Part shown: positions 52,123-64,000 of the stretch, one piece after another
Position numbering within the stretch: position 1 is the stretch's first letter
Layout of the letters: each line of letters starts with the position of its first letter
From: Callorhinchus milii
Taxonomy: Eukaryota
Direction: 5' to 3'
Length of the DNA stretch: 64,000 bases
Assembly (NCBI RefSeq): GCF_018977255.1
Contig: NW_024704743.1
Coordinates: 98,396,001-98,460,000, forward strand
Notes under the pieces: generated by a model
The model's input: only the letters and a program-made list of their open reading frames with translations
What the model was told of the DNA's origin: nothing
The model's database searches: none
Program-made: the position numbers and the translations under genes

Positions 52123-52245
52123 ATCTTATCACAGTGCTGAGATATCTCAAAGTGCTTCACATGACATACTGTAAAATGGTGTGACTGTATATGAACACCT
52201 CAGCTAATTTACACACAGCAATGTCCCACAAACAGCCATGGTGTG
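52123..52245 (-). mobile_element. SINE fragment, probably continuing the tail at 51410-51438
   Basis: 'cttatcacagtgctgagatatctcaaagtgcttcaca' and 'cacagcaatgtcccacaaacagccatgg'. Confidence 0.75.
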
Positions 52246-52614
52246 AGTGCTTCATTCCTAGCAGCATGACTTGGCATCAAAGTACTTCACTGTAACTGTG
52301 TATTCAATATTCCCACCATATGGCAACAGAAGCCAGTGGTCAGGTTACTCTCTTTTATACTGCAGCTATCGGGCCAGTAAGAATAGATTCCACTTCTTAT
52401 ATCCAAGTAATTTAAAATTTATGCTAAAATGTCTCAAATATTAAAATGATGGTCCAAAAATGTCACTTACACATTATTTTATCACAACTTACAATTACTT
52501 TTGGAGTGCGATGGATACATTACTAATACCTAAAAATGACAGCTGAATTATCGCATATGGTCTATTCCATTTGAATAGTCCTTACCAGTACGGTTTTTAA
52601 AGAAGATTTAATTA

Positions 52615-52737
52615 TCTGATAATTTTTTAATAAGATTTTTATAATTTTTTATAAGATTTTTAGAATTTTTAATAATTTTTTATAATTTTTATAATTTTTA
52701 TAATTTTTTATAAGATTTTTATAATTTTTTTATAAGA
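52615..52737. repeat. AT-rich degenerate tandem repeat (ATAA[GA]TTTTT)n
   Basis: About a dozen 9-12-bp units. Confidence 0.9.
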
Positions 52738-52759
52738 TCAAAACATCCTAAGCACTTCC

Positions 52760-53100
52760 CAGGGAATTGCTGTGAAGTGTAGTACCAGTGTAGCAAATGA
52801 GGTAGCCGATTTATGGAGAGCAATTTTCCACAAGCGGCCATGAAGTGAACGACCATTTGTATCAGGAGGATTACTAGCCAGGATATTGGGCGAAACTCCC
52901 TTCTTTTACATATAGTGTTACAGAACCTTAACATCCACCTGACAAAGTAGGCAGGACCTTTGTTTAACATCACGCCTGCAGGACAGCACCTCAGACAATG
53001 CAGAATCCCTCTGTCCCACCACCCAGCACCCCATTGGAGTATCAGCTTGGGCTATCATCTCAAAGTTCAGGTGTGGAGTTTGAACCAATAACCTTCCAAC
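52760..53100 (-). mobile_element. Old Deu-type SINE
   Basis: 'cttaacatccacctgac', 'tttaacatcacgcctgcaggacagcacctcagacaatgcag' and 'tttgaaccaataaccttc'. Confidence 0.75.
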
Positions 53101-53654
53101 ATAGATCATGCTATCTTTCAATCAAAATTTGGCAGTTGAAAGGTACCCTCAATTTTGAATGATTTTACGATTCGGGACTATTAACTTGGCTGAAGATCAT
53201 CATGATTTGATCATATTACATTTGGCCAGAGAAGAGGATTGGTTTCATCCAACCCTTATTATAAACCATTCAGTTGTATGCAGCTGACAACACAAAAGTT
53301 GGAGAATATTTCAAGAAGATGATACGTCAAGGTGTCATCATAAACTGCAAAACTGAAACTCAGGCATTTTGTTAGCATTTTCTCAACTATAAATTAAGTT
53401 TTGCTCTTCAGATACACTCTAACCTACAACAGTGGAAAACAAACAGGCTATATTCATTTTTTTCAGCAGCAGGCATCATAAATTCATTCACATAACAGTT
53501 CTATGTACAGTGATATTTTTGTTGTAAATATATTGGATATGAAGAGGTAAGTCCATCTGATTATAAATATTGCACAACACAGTACTGGCAACATAAGACC
53601 TTTTAAAAGGTAAATTAGACAGATATTAGAGAATAATTAATATTAAAAAAAAGT

Positions 53655-53760
53655 GAATGAGAAGGAGTGGTATTAATTGAAAATAGCTCAAGTAACGAAA
53701 AAAAACAAAGCAGACTTGATGAGCCAAATGACCTGTTTCAGTGCTGTAATAATCTGTAAT
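53655..53760 (+). mobile_element. CR1 3' UTR remnant
   Basis: 'gcagacttgatgagccaaatgacctgtttcagtgctgtaa'. Confidence 0.6.
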
Positions 53761-53786
53761 AAAAACACAATAATGTTTTGGATTGT

Positions 53787-53860
53787 GTGCCGTTCAGTGA
53801 GTTGAAGTAGGTATATATAAATAGTGCCGTTCAGTGAGTTGAAGTAGGTATATATAAATA
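53787..53860. repeat. Perfect 37-bp tandem duplication
   Basis: gtgccgttcagtgagttgaagtaggtatatataaata occurs twice. Confidence 0.95.
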
Positions 53861-56800
53861 AATTAGAGAATAGTTCATGAAGCTATTTGTTGTGTCAATA
53901 CACGCTATTCTATCACCTTCAAATAAAAACTATTTTTATTGTTGCAACAAAGGCAGACAGAAATTCTGTGCAATCAGTAACTCTCTCCAGATAATAATGA
54001 AAGATAGTCCAGATTATATTAGAGGATTGAACATCGACCAGTCATATTTGGAAATCCAATAAAAAGGCAGAATAAACAGCTTCAAAAGGTTAAGACCTTT
54101 TTCAGAATTGTAGGTGGTAACTTGTGCTGCTTATCATCTTTTTGATCACACTAACCTCCTTCAACCTTTAGAAAATAATCATATTCTTAGTATGTGTACC
54201 TGCAGAAAACTGTCCTGACTATTCTGTTGTAACTTTACCTTTTGAAAGTTAAAAAGACATATTCCAAGGATTAAATATTTAATGGTAGAGCATAACTGAA
54301 TGCTGAATGAGCCTACATTAATGGTGTAGCTGAGCAAGACAAGTAGATTTAGATAAAACAAAGATTTCAGTGGACAAACATACAATTTTAAATGTTAAGT
54401 TAATGTATTAGATGCACAGAAATCACAACTGGTTGCTGAAACTGTTCAGATCATTTAGCAAAATAAATCATAAAACCATAAAATGCTCCCTGGTGGAAAA
54501 TTGTTACAATTTCATTTGATGGATCCCAAGTGCAACAGGTCAAAGATTATTTTGAGGGAATGGTGTAAGTGAATCAGATCACTGAACAGTGAGGAGCCTA
54601 ACATCCCATTAGTTGAGAACCACTGCAGATCTGAAAATAGTGGGGTTTGTGCACGCACGCAAGTGTGGTCTCTTCCTCGCTGCCTCTCCGTTTGACTGCG
54701 TTTCTCTCTAATCCTGTAGTGACCTGGATCAGATCTCTCCACCTCATGCTGCCATTTTAAAATACATACGGGGTACCTTGAGTCCATGTGTGCAAGTGAA
54801 ATAATTGCAGCCATTACAGCCTGACTTAACTTCCGCATCACAGTGGTGTGCAGTTGCCCAGTAGTCTATTATACTGTAGAATTTGTTGATGGGGATTGAA
54901 ATGGGAAAATAGGAGTACTTATTGTTCAATGTACTCTCACAACAAATAAAACAAATGGTTATTTCTCAGCACTTTTCCTACAGTAAGAAATTCTTCAAAT
55001 AATGTACCTAATGCACACCTCTGCTTGTGCCTGTTCGTTTCAGTGACATTTGTTTTAGAGAGTGACATGGACAGCTGCTCACTATAACAGAAGGAGTGCA
55101 GGATACTGTAGGTCTCAGATATGATATTAAAGCACGCATTCTTCACAATATGAAAAACACTGATTTGTGGGCTAGAATAGAGCCTGAGCAAGCACTACAA
55201 AGCAAATGCACAGAATTGTGCTGACTGGAACCTAATGGCATTGATTTAGGTATTAGAAAACCAGGACTGCAATCAACTTCCCAACATTAACAAACTTAAG
55301 AATAGACTGCCCAGGACTTTGAAACTCTTTAACAACCTTACATGTTTGTTTGGAATTGGCTAGATTAAAACCTGATTTATATGTAGCCACCGGTATCACT
55401 TCAACTCTGAAATGACCTCCTGCAGGTGGTTTCAGGAGTGGGGCTCAAATTTAATCAATCCTGCCGAACCTGGATAAAGTGAAATACGTTTTGGGGAGGG
55501 CTCAGTCCATGTCTCAGCATACTCCAAAACTGTCACTAATTGGGTCAGTGCAGATAGATGGTTTGAGAAATGGAAAGGCCACATTGGTGGATTGCAGCTT
55601 CAGAAACAGTGCCGGGCAGAGAGAACTCATTATCTCAACTAAGCTGTGTTGTACAAACCTGGCATTCCTTGAAGAATTCATTGGTCACAAAGAAAACATT
55701 TCAATTTCCTAGCTTCCTGAGCAGAAAAGAACATGACCACTGAGGACATCGGCAGTATTTCTGTAGCCATACAAAAATAATAACAATATTAAAGTAAGCT
55801 TCATGTTCCACAAATTGCAGCTTAACAAATATGCATGGTGATAAAAAATAAAATACATTTTAACAGGTCTCTCTGTGTAAAGATGAGAGAATATAAAGCT
55901 TGCCATCATCCACAGCTAAAAGGTCATGAATCAGTTCTAATTACCTTCTAGGTGAACACTACATATTATTAGCAACAGGGAAATAAATCAGCCTTTGAGA
56001 GGCAACCACAAAAAATTCTAGTATTAGGACAAAAGAGAGGCTAACTCAGAAATGGTTGCGCTTTGAGACAAATGTATGTATGTAATCCACAAATAGTACC
56101 ATTTTTTCTTTGTGAAATTATCTTTACAAAACCTAATACTGATTATATAATCTTCTCATTTAGAAGAGTAAGGGATTGAATTCAAAAAATTGTTATTCTT
56201 TTTTGGTATGGATTGGTAGGCAAGCTCCTGCAGGCCTTAAAGAGTTAAGTTGCTACAAAGTTCTTAGCATCACCAGAATCGTGCCTCACTTGTACGACAT
56301 GTGAATAAACCCAATCTACGGAAAGTGAAATGGGATTGGGGGTTTAAGCATTCCAATGGCAACCTTCTCACGTCTGTCCTGACAAACAATTCTATGGGAT
56401 ATGACTTGTTAAAGTCATGCATCACTGCTCTAAACTGTGCTTAATTAAAAACAAGTTCCTTAATCTGTACAGTGTTTTAAGATGCTGTTAGCACGAAAGA
56501 TCCAGCTTTGTTTGGCTATTTTGCATTTTCATGCCCGCCAAGCTGGTTACCCAGCTGTTCCAGGAATCAACACAGATGTCTTTCCGAAGAGAGAAAGCGG
56601 GGGTCTTGCTGTAAATTAAAGCTTGGGTTTCCTATATAAATTGCTAAGAACTCCCTTTACCACACAGCCAATGATTACCAATCTTTAAAATGAGATTCAA
56701 ATGATTAATACATTGGATATAAGTTTGATATTTCACTGAGCATAAGAGTGAAAAGAGAGATTTTAACAATAAAAAGCCTCATGAATGACAAGAGATTAAA

Positions 56801-57001
56801 GGAAATATGTTTTCTTGAGTAGAATACATGTGACAAAATAGGCTAATGTTCAGTTGAATAGCTTCTTCAAAATAGAAACAGATAAATAAAGTATCTGCTT
56901 GGGAAACCATATTAGAAGATTATAGGGATAGTTGTGGACCAAGATCACAAGGTAAGATTGAGATGCCAAATTAAGTTTACGCCTACTATTCATAATATTT
57001 C

Positions 57002-57577
57002 TGTCAGCCTGGTTCAGTTGGTAGCACTTTCACCTCTGAATCAGAAGGTTGTGGCTTCAAGCTCTATGCCGGGTCTTTGAACTCGTAGTTTAAACTGACA
57101 CACCAAAGTGACAACAAATTTGATCTTTAGAGTGTTTTTTATATCATTAGGACGTCCCAAGGTGCAATGTCATTTTGGGGGAGTGGGAGGTGTTGCACTG
57201 TCGGAGGTACCATGCTTTGGATGAGATGCTTTGGGACGTCTTCCCGACGTGTTTGACCTCTTGTAAAGACTGAGATCTTTACAAGGTGCAACATAAATAT
57301 AAAACTGCATTTTAAGTTATTGAATTGACAGATTAAACTGAGGTCCTATCTGCCTGTTCAAGAAAAGGGGGATTCTCCATTGTCCTGAAAAAATATTCCC
57401 TCAAATAATATTGGCCATTCACTTCATGGCTGTGTTTGGGACATAGCTGTGCACAAATTGACTGCAATATTCACTTATGAAATATGCAGTCATTAAACTT
57501 TATTGTATATCTTGTAAACTGCATTGAGATGTCCTTGCAACATGAAAGGTAATATATCAAATGTAAGGATTATTATG
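57002..57577 (+). mobile_element. Old Deu-type SINE with two nested L2-tail insertions
   Basis: Head 'gtcagcctggttcagttggtagcactttcacctctgaatcagaaggttgtgg'; inserts at about 57110-57165 (-) and 57228-57310 (+); Deu core and (att)n tail. Confidence 0.8.
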
Positions 57578-57625
57578 GCATAATTGAAATGTATTTTTTC
57601 ACTTGTGCAACTAGTGTCTGCAAGT

Positions 57626-57683
57626 AAGCGCTTTGGGACGCTGCCCAGCGTGGAGGGCACTATATAAATGCAAGTTGTTGTTG
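57626..57683 (+). mobile_element. L2 tail-only insertion
   Basis: 'aagcgctttgggacgctgcccagcgtggagggcactatataaatgcaagttgttgttg'. Confidence 0.75.
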
Positions 57684-57832
57684 TAAATATAGCTGAATTC
57701 TATTATATATAGCAATAACTAAGGATCAGTGCCTAAACTGAAAAGTTTAATCTTGTATTAACGCATACTTCTCTAAATATGTTTTGACCTTTGTTTTAAA
57801 AACATTAAAGTCTGCCCAAGAACAGTATTAAT

Positions 57833-58125
57833 ATAGGAATCCTTACATTTGATATAGCATTTTATCAGGTCTTTGAGACTTTTTAACACGTTTCACAGGA
57901 TTTTACTATGAAGTACTGTAACTGCACACCAATGTCCCACAAACAGGCATGAAGTGAATGAACAACTTTATTTGGGGGATTGTTGACCGCGATACCAGGA
58001 GAAACTTCCTTTTCTTTTCAAATAGTGAAAAACATCTTTAACTTCCACTTTCATCTGAAGGATAGCACCTCTACAATGCAGCATCAATGTAGTTTCAGCC
58101 TAGACTGCAAGTTCAAACTCCTGAC
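57833..58125 (-). mobile_element. Old Deu-type SINE
   Basis: 'atccttacatttgatatagc', 'aatgtcccacaaacag' and 'tcatctgaaggatagcacctctacaatgcagca'. Confidence 0.8.
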
Positions 58126-59639
58126 AGTTTAGCTACCTCCAACAGGCTATAGCGAAGAAAGAAAAATAAAATGAATGAAAACACTAGCTAATAGTGCAAT
58201 GCTTCAACCAGCTTGAGGTTTCCTATTTCAGCACAGGACTTTCTGCATACTGACCAATCATATACGCACTTGCTTCAAATTGAAACGGTATTCTTACCAG
58301 ATACATCCCAATTAGGGAATTAAGCTCTCAGCAGCCAGACAATTAAATAAGTAATATACTCGGGCAATATGATTGTTAGAAGAATCTGCCTGAAATTTTA
58401 GCATACAGTGAATGATGCAGTGTGAGATTGACAGTCCAAGATGGTAGCAAGCACTATTCTATGTTACAATGATCAGTTGCATATTTTTAACTCCAAAGCT
58501 CTAACCCCATGAGACTAGTAACATTGGGAAAAAAAAGGCACGAGTCAATCTATTGAGTTGGTTCATCCAAAATTCCCTCACAGACAGTATAAAGTAAAGG
58601 AGTGCGAGAGTGACAGTGATTTATAATTGCATAGATAGCACATTAAAGAAATACTTTTGGATAAGGCCACATATTTGAATATGCACCTTAAATACTGTAC
58701 AGTAGTATAGATTGTAATTTTTTAAAAAAGAAAAACAGTAAACAGTAGCTTACCATTTTCACTTTATTTTTAAGGCTTGACATTAATGCATGAAATCCTT
58801 CCCCTTTGCTTTGCATCAGCCAGAACCACCACCTACGGCTCCAGTAAAGGCAATGATGGATGATGAGATCTGAGGCTATGCAAATATGCATCATTTTTAG
58901 AGCATTGAAATTAAGTGAACATTGCAGTCAAAACTGGGAAACCAGTTAGTCTGAACTGAGGTCTTTACAAAAGAATTTCAACTTATTAGAAATTTAAATA
59001 TTGGGACTGTTTTTCACAAATCTATACTTCATTGCAGCCCTCATCTTGGTCATCTTTTAAATGACAGATAATACTTGTATTTTAAATTTTTGTGATTATG
59101 TTGGTAGCATAAAAATTATTATGGCTATAAAGAGGCGACAATCCATTTTACTTATTGTAGAATTATGTTAAAAGTATTACTTATAAAACATAAATCACAA
59201 TGGTCTATTAATTCTCAATGGTATATTGCAACTTACTACTAAATGCCCAAGATTTATTCATTAAATTTTAATTAAAAGTACACTTACATGGTAAAATTGG
59301 AGACTGTAAACATTAGCTCTCACTGATAATTCTTAAAATAAACTTTAAACTTGCTAAAAATAAAGTTAGCAAGTTTGCGGTTTTGCCCGTTCCCTCATGG
59401 TTTGTATTTAGAGTGGAAAGTTTGAAATTCAAATACATTCAAACAGCATCAATGAGTCACTGCAGACAGCATCCCTTCACATTCTAATTTCTGAAGTAGT
59501 TTCATATTGTTCTCAAAGCTGCAACTACTACTAATGCAACTGTCTTGGCAACTATTGGCCATTTAAATGCAAATAGAAATATTCCAGAAATTGCCTCCCT
59601 TTTCAGTTTTTCCTGATCTTCAGCACCATTATTGAGATG

Positions 59640-60213
59640 CCTCTAACCGTACCTCACACCCAAAGCATCCCAAACCCTTTTCCACGGGCTCATCACCTCC
59701 CGCTTCGATTATTCCAATGCCTTACTCGCCAATCTCCACAGTTTCATGAAGTCCAAATAATTCAAAAATCCATTGCCCATAGCCTCATCCATACCAAACG
59801 CCATACCCACATCTCTCCAGCCCTTGCCAGGCTCCACTGGCTCCCTATTGTAGATCCGATTATTTTAGAATCTTCAAGTTGATATACAAATCACTTCACG
59901 CCCTGGCACCTCCCTAACTTTCCAATCTGCTCACACCCACTCCATTACCCACTCCCTGCGCTCAATTGGCTCCAGCCTCCTGCATATTCCTCATTCTCTC
60001 CACTCAATCATTGGCGGCTGTGCTTTCAGTCACTATGGTACTAAGGAACTCTATGCCTCAGTCCTTCATCCTTGCAGGTCTTCAGATCACACCTGAAGAC
60101 TGTCCTCTTTGACTGTGCCCCCGCAGCTAGCCTTGCATCAGACTCCGCCACTGTTATGTGTATCGAGACACTACCACACATAAAGGGCGTTATATAAATG
60201 CAAGTTGTTGTTA
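59640..60213 (+). mobile_element. L2 3' fragment
   Basis: ORF 59637-59882 ends QIIQKSIA...HISPALARLHWLP; tail 'aaagggcgttatataaatgcaagttgttg'. Confidence 0.85.
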
Positions 60214-60559
60214 TGCTGTTTTCTTTCCATTTTTAGTAAGGCAAAACAAGAGGGCATAATCAGAAGCTGGGCCATCTCAAGCTCAAGCAAAACAACGCTA
60301 CAGATAAGCACTTTTCCGTTCAGATAGAATAACCTTGTATCTTATTCCAGCTTATAAAATAAGTGAGAGAGGAGGCAGCAAATCTGAATTGTTGTATCAG
60401 ATGGCAGTGAAATGGAGCAGAGCGAAAGCTCAAAGCGTGTGGTAATGAACATAGTACAGGGGGGAATGGGGTAGGAGTAATAGGACAACAACTCCCAGAC
60501 TGGAAATTAGAGATGTTGCACATCAGATATGCTGTGTTTTTTTTATGGGGGGGAAGAGT

Positions 60560-61500
60560 GAGCAAATCAGGGCATGATAATGGCAGTACTTGAAGATGCC
60601 CGCCAGATAGCTGATGTGGAAACTCTGAGGCTTGGGGCGACATTTGCTGGAAGGTATTACCTGGAGTCCGTGTTCGTACATCAGTGTCTGGAATCCACCT
60701 TGTTTGGCCTGCAGAGAGGCAAGCAGCTGCTGCTTAAACTCCGTACTTCAAATTGGTGAAACTATCGCTCAATGGGAAGGGATGTGTGCCCGAGCTTGGG
60801 CCAGGAAGATGGTGGCAATGCCAAAGCTCGCAAGGAGTTCCTTGTACCTACCATCCACCAGTGAGGGCTCAAACCCGCGCTTGTCAGATGTCGAACGGCC
60901 AACTATTGACTATCCTCTTTGGGGGGAGGTAAGCGGAGTCTCCTTGGAGCTGAACTGGCTCTAAAGTGATATGCCTGGCAACAGAATATCAGAATCGAGT
61001 CAGCCCTCTGTGGCGGTCTCGGTAGTCCGGTTCCTGAGCCAGGCGGGTCCACAGTATTCCAGGGCAGTGCTGATGACAGCACACCCAGTGTGGCTCATCG
61101 GCAGGATCTGGAAGGGCACTGGGGGCAGAATTCACTGGGGGGCAGGGAGTCATCCCACTCAGCTCCTGTTAACCCTGCAAGCCAAAGCCCTAAAGGGTAG
61201 GGTGGTCTTAGCTGGGCAAGCAGCAGAAAAGCTTGCCAGACAGTAATATCAATGGTAAGCTATGCAGTTTTAGCAGTACCCTGACGCATACTCTGGGGTC
61301 CCCAAGCCTTAGATCTTGCCAACCTGCGCCTAATACTTTTCCCGGAGTTAGGTAAGCAAGATGCATCCCTCCAGGAAGAGAGTGCGCATTCCATTGCAAC
61401 AACCTATCCCTGGGATTTCCATGTATAGATGGGATGGATGGAAATCTCAGCTTGGTTTGGATACACTTAAGCATGGTGATGGGTTTCCACATGTGTCAAG
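60560..61500. repeat. Unclassified dispersed repeat, copy B (longest)
   Basis: GC-richer block homologous to 29282-29763; the + frame is open from 60632 to 61246 except for one TAA at 60962-60964. Confidence 0.8.
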
Positions 61501-62754
61501 ACATCTGGCTGACCAAAATAAAATCTAGTCCTGTCTCTAGTCTAGTTAAGACTCTAGTTATGCCAGATTTCTTCTGATGATATGCAAATTAAGATTTTAC
61601 TTGCATTCTAATGAGGAACTGGATTCTACAATTATTGATATTGATTTTTTTATGACATTTATGAAGAGACCATAATACAACATATGAAAGAGGCCAAATC
61701 ACTGCAGGGAAGTGGTAACTGAGGTAAGAGGTAGATAGCACTCAGCGGAACTATGATCAGAGATGCAGATTTTTTTTCACAACATACCGTTTAAGGGAAT
61801 GCATCTGATTGGAGATTATTGTACAAAAAATGTTAAGTATTCTTCAACAATAACATGCTCAGTAGAGTGCGACGAGGACAATTGGTGCCTGAGGTTTATG
61901 GACCTTTATGTAAGAATGGAAAAACTATCAAAAATCGTCTATTACGGTGAAACAATCACACTCAAATGGCCTTGATAGTTCCTTTAAGACAGGATATAAA
62001 ATATTCAGTGTCCAATTCTCTCATCACAACAATGTTACTTTCCCAAAAAAACAGCTGCAGCTTTAAAGGAACATTAATGGACATAGTGTAAAATGGGAGT
62101 GGGTTTTGCCGTTCATGGGACCAATAAATTCTAATTTATAAACCTCCAAGGTCAGGAGGTGTGCTGGTACCGAGGTTATATAAACACACAAGCAGGTAAT
62201 GCATGCATTAAATATTCATTATGCCTAAATTTCTGGATTTACAATACTTCTTGCCTATTAATGCTCAATTGACACTGGGTATTTGTCTTTATTTGGTGGG
62301 TAAATTGACGAAACAATCAGTAAAAAATCTAGTTTTGCCAGTAAACCATTTTCCAGAACTGAAGTATAAATGCGACTGGCGCAAATCAATTTGGCTTCTG
62401 CTCAAATCTGGTCTGGTCTGAAGTATTGAACTGCCTAGGGACTTCAACTGTACTGTTATTAAAGAGCCAGTCGCACTCACTTAGTTGCACATGTGCAGAA
62501 CTCTCTCAGGCAATGGAATTTCAGAACAGGAAGTATAAATCAGGCTTCTTGCTGCTAATTGCTTTGCTGCTGAAAGTAATACTAAATCATTCGTAGCGTT
62601 ATAAACTGGGCACAGGGCTGTGTAAGATGCTATTAGTTAACATAACAAATAAGAAAACATCTGAAAAAGGTATATATCATCATGTTACAATTTGAACTCA
62701 CAAGGTTTTCAATTGGCAAGCACCTTCTAACAGAGTATTTATTAAATTCTGGAT

Positions 62755-63025
62755 CATAGAACTATAAATATACAACACAGTAAAAGGCCATTTGGCCATT
62801 TTTTCAGGTCAGCATTTGATCCTCCAAGAATCCATCTACCCCATTACCAATTACCTGCTCTTTCCCCGTATCCCCTAATCCCTTTCCTCTGGACACGCTG
62901 GTCTATTTTTTTAAAAAAAACCCTAATCAACTCTGGTCTGACAGACTTCTCTGACAAATCATTCTACACTCTGACAACCCTCGGAGTGAATAAGTTCTTC
63001 CGAACCCCTCCTTTTATTCCCTAAG
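62755..63025 (-). mobile_element. CR1 3' fragment
   Basis: 'catagaac...aaaaggccatttggcca', 'ttccccgtatccc' and 'attctacactctgacaaccctcggagtgaataagttctt'. Confidence 0.75.
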
Positions 63026-63364
63026 TTCCAATATTGATTTCATGATCATGGGAGTAAAGGGGTAGCAAGAGCAGAAGAATTGTATGGTTACCCCACTTAC
63101 ATGATAAGAGTCACCATTAAAACCAATGGCAAAAGAAAATGCAGCTCGAACCTGCAGTGCATTCCTGCCTGAAAGGGAGAGAACTGCCAGTGGTGGTTCA
63201 GGTTGCTAGGGTGAGGAAGCACAATGTTTCAATGTGACAAAAATTGATTAGATTTTTTTTAGAAATATGTAAATCAAGCACTCCTACTCAACTTTGTCAA
63301 ATGTCTTGTAAATCCAGGGTAGAGTGATCACAGGGTCACCCAGGGTTTTCTGAAACACCCCTTA

Positions 63365-63790
63365 AAGGTTGTGGGTTCAAGCCCTACGCCGGGACTTGGA
63401 ATCACATTATCTAAGCTGACACTTTCGTGCAGCGCTGGTGGGGGGGAGGGATGCAATGTAGGAGGTGCTGTTCTTTGGATGAGATGTCTCAAATGCCTGT
63501 TCGGGTGGACCTTTTAAGATTCCAAGGTACTATTCGAAAAGGGAGTTTCTCCCAGTGTCTTGGTCAACAATCCCCAAAATAAAATTGATCACTAACTCCA
63601 TGGCTGTTTGTGGGACATTGCTGAGAGCAACGGGCTCAGGAACGTCCCACAAACAACCATGGAGTAAGTGAGCAATTGTTCACCCACAAAATACGCAGAC
63701 ATTTCACTTTACAGTATATCCTGTGAAGCGCTTTGAGACGCCTCGATGACGTGATAAGGCACATTATCAAATGCAAGAATTATTATTATT
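63365..63790 (+). mobile_element. Deu-type SINE with an internal inverted duplication
   Basis: 'aaggttgtgggttcaagccc' (B-box), Deu core and (att)n tail; inverted copy at 63635-63677. Confidence 0.85.
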
Positions 63791-64000
63791 GAAGGAGAAA
63801 GAAATTAGATCTCTTGCATATTATTGGAGCAGATTAGAAGGAGCTTAATTCTGCATTGCACCATAACATGGAGTAAGTGTTGTTGAGGCTGAGTGCTCAA
63901 AATGGGAAAATGTAACATTTCCCAGGGCTGTACCAATTCACTTGAATGAATACAAAATTCACTTAAAAAAGGAACCATTTGGACATAGTTGAGGGACTTA

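Noticed and set aside
52615..52737. CRISPR-like or otherwise functional array
   Set aside because: Low-complexity AT repeat with no unique spacers, in a eukaryotic context.
54512..54841. 109-aa ORF and + strand splice-like signals (GTAAGT near 54565; 'tttctctctaatcctgtag' near 54719)
   Set aside because: The peptides are unrecognisable and I could not build a consistent exon chain.
61365..61410. LLQWNAHSL as the N-terminus of a LINE APE endonuclease
   Set aside because: It resembles the QWN..SL motif, but the expected downstream D...lQET motif is absent in both copies.
1..64000. Prokaryote-style novel operon or defence system
   Set aside because: No long ORFs, operon structure or bacterial signals; the sequence is vertebrate repeat-rich non-coding DNA.

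Overview
Vertebrate, AT-rich, repeat-dense non-coding DNA (deep intron or gene desert). The repeat complement points to a cartilaginous fish, most likely a chimaera such as Callorhinchus milii; this is inferred from remembered repeat families, not a database search. It comprises tRNA-headed SINEs with a Deu-type core and an ATT-repeat tail, plus many 5'-truncated L2 and CR1 LINEs. I found no host protein-coding exon that I can recognise. The ORFs that resemble known proteins are decayed LINE fragments (L2 RT at 46.2-47.4 kb and elsewhere, Ingi/Vingi-like C-terminus at 32 kb, probable Rex1/Babar endonuclease at 28.5-28.9 kb). Most notable observations: (i) three diverged copies of an unclassified element with residual reading frames (21.3, 29.3-29.9, 60.6-61.5 kb); (ii) a 53-bp templated insertion copied from nearby flank into an L2; (iii) four fold-back or inverted-duplication structures; (iv) a 109-bp TA-flanked mariner-type MITE; (v) repeat-free blocks that may be conserved enhancers. 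I do not see support for a new multi-gene system here. Repeat boundaries were estimated by eye and may be off by about 10-30 bp.
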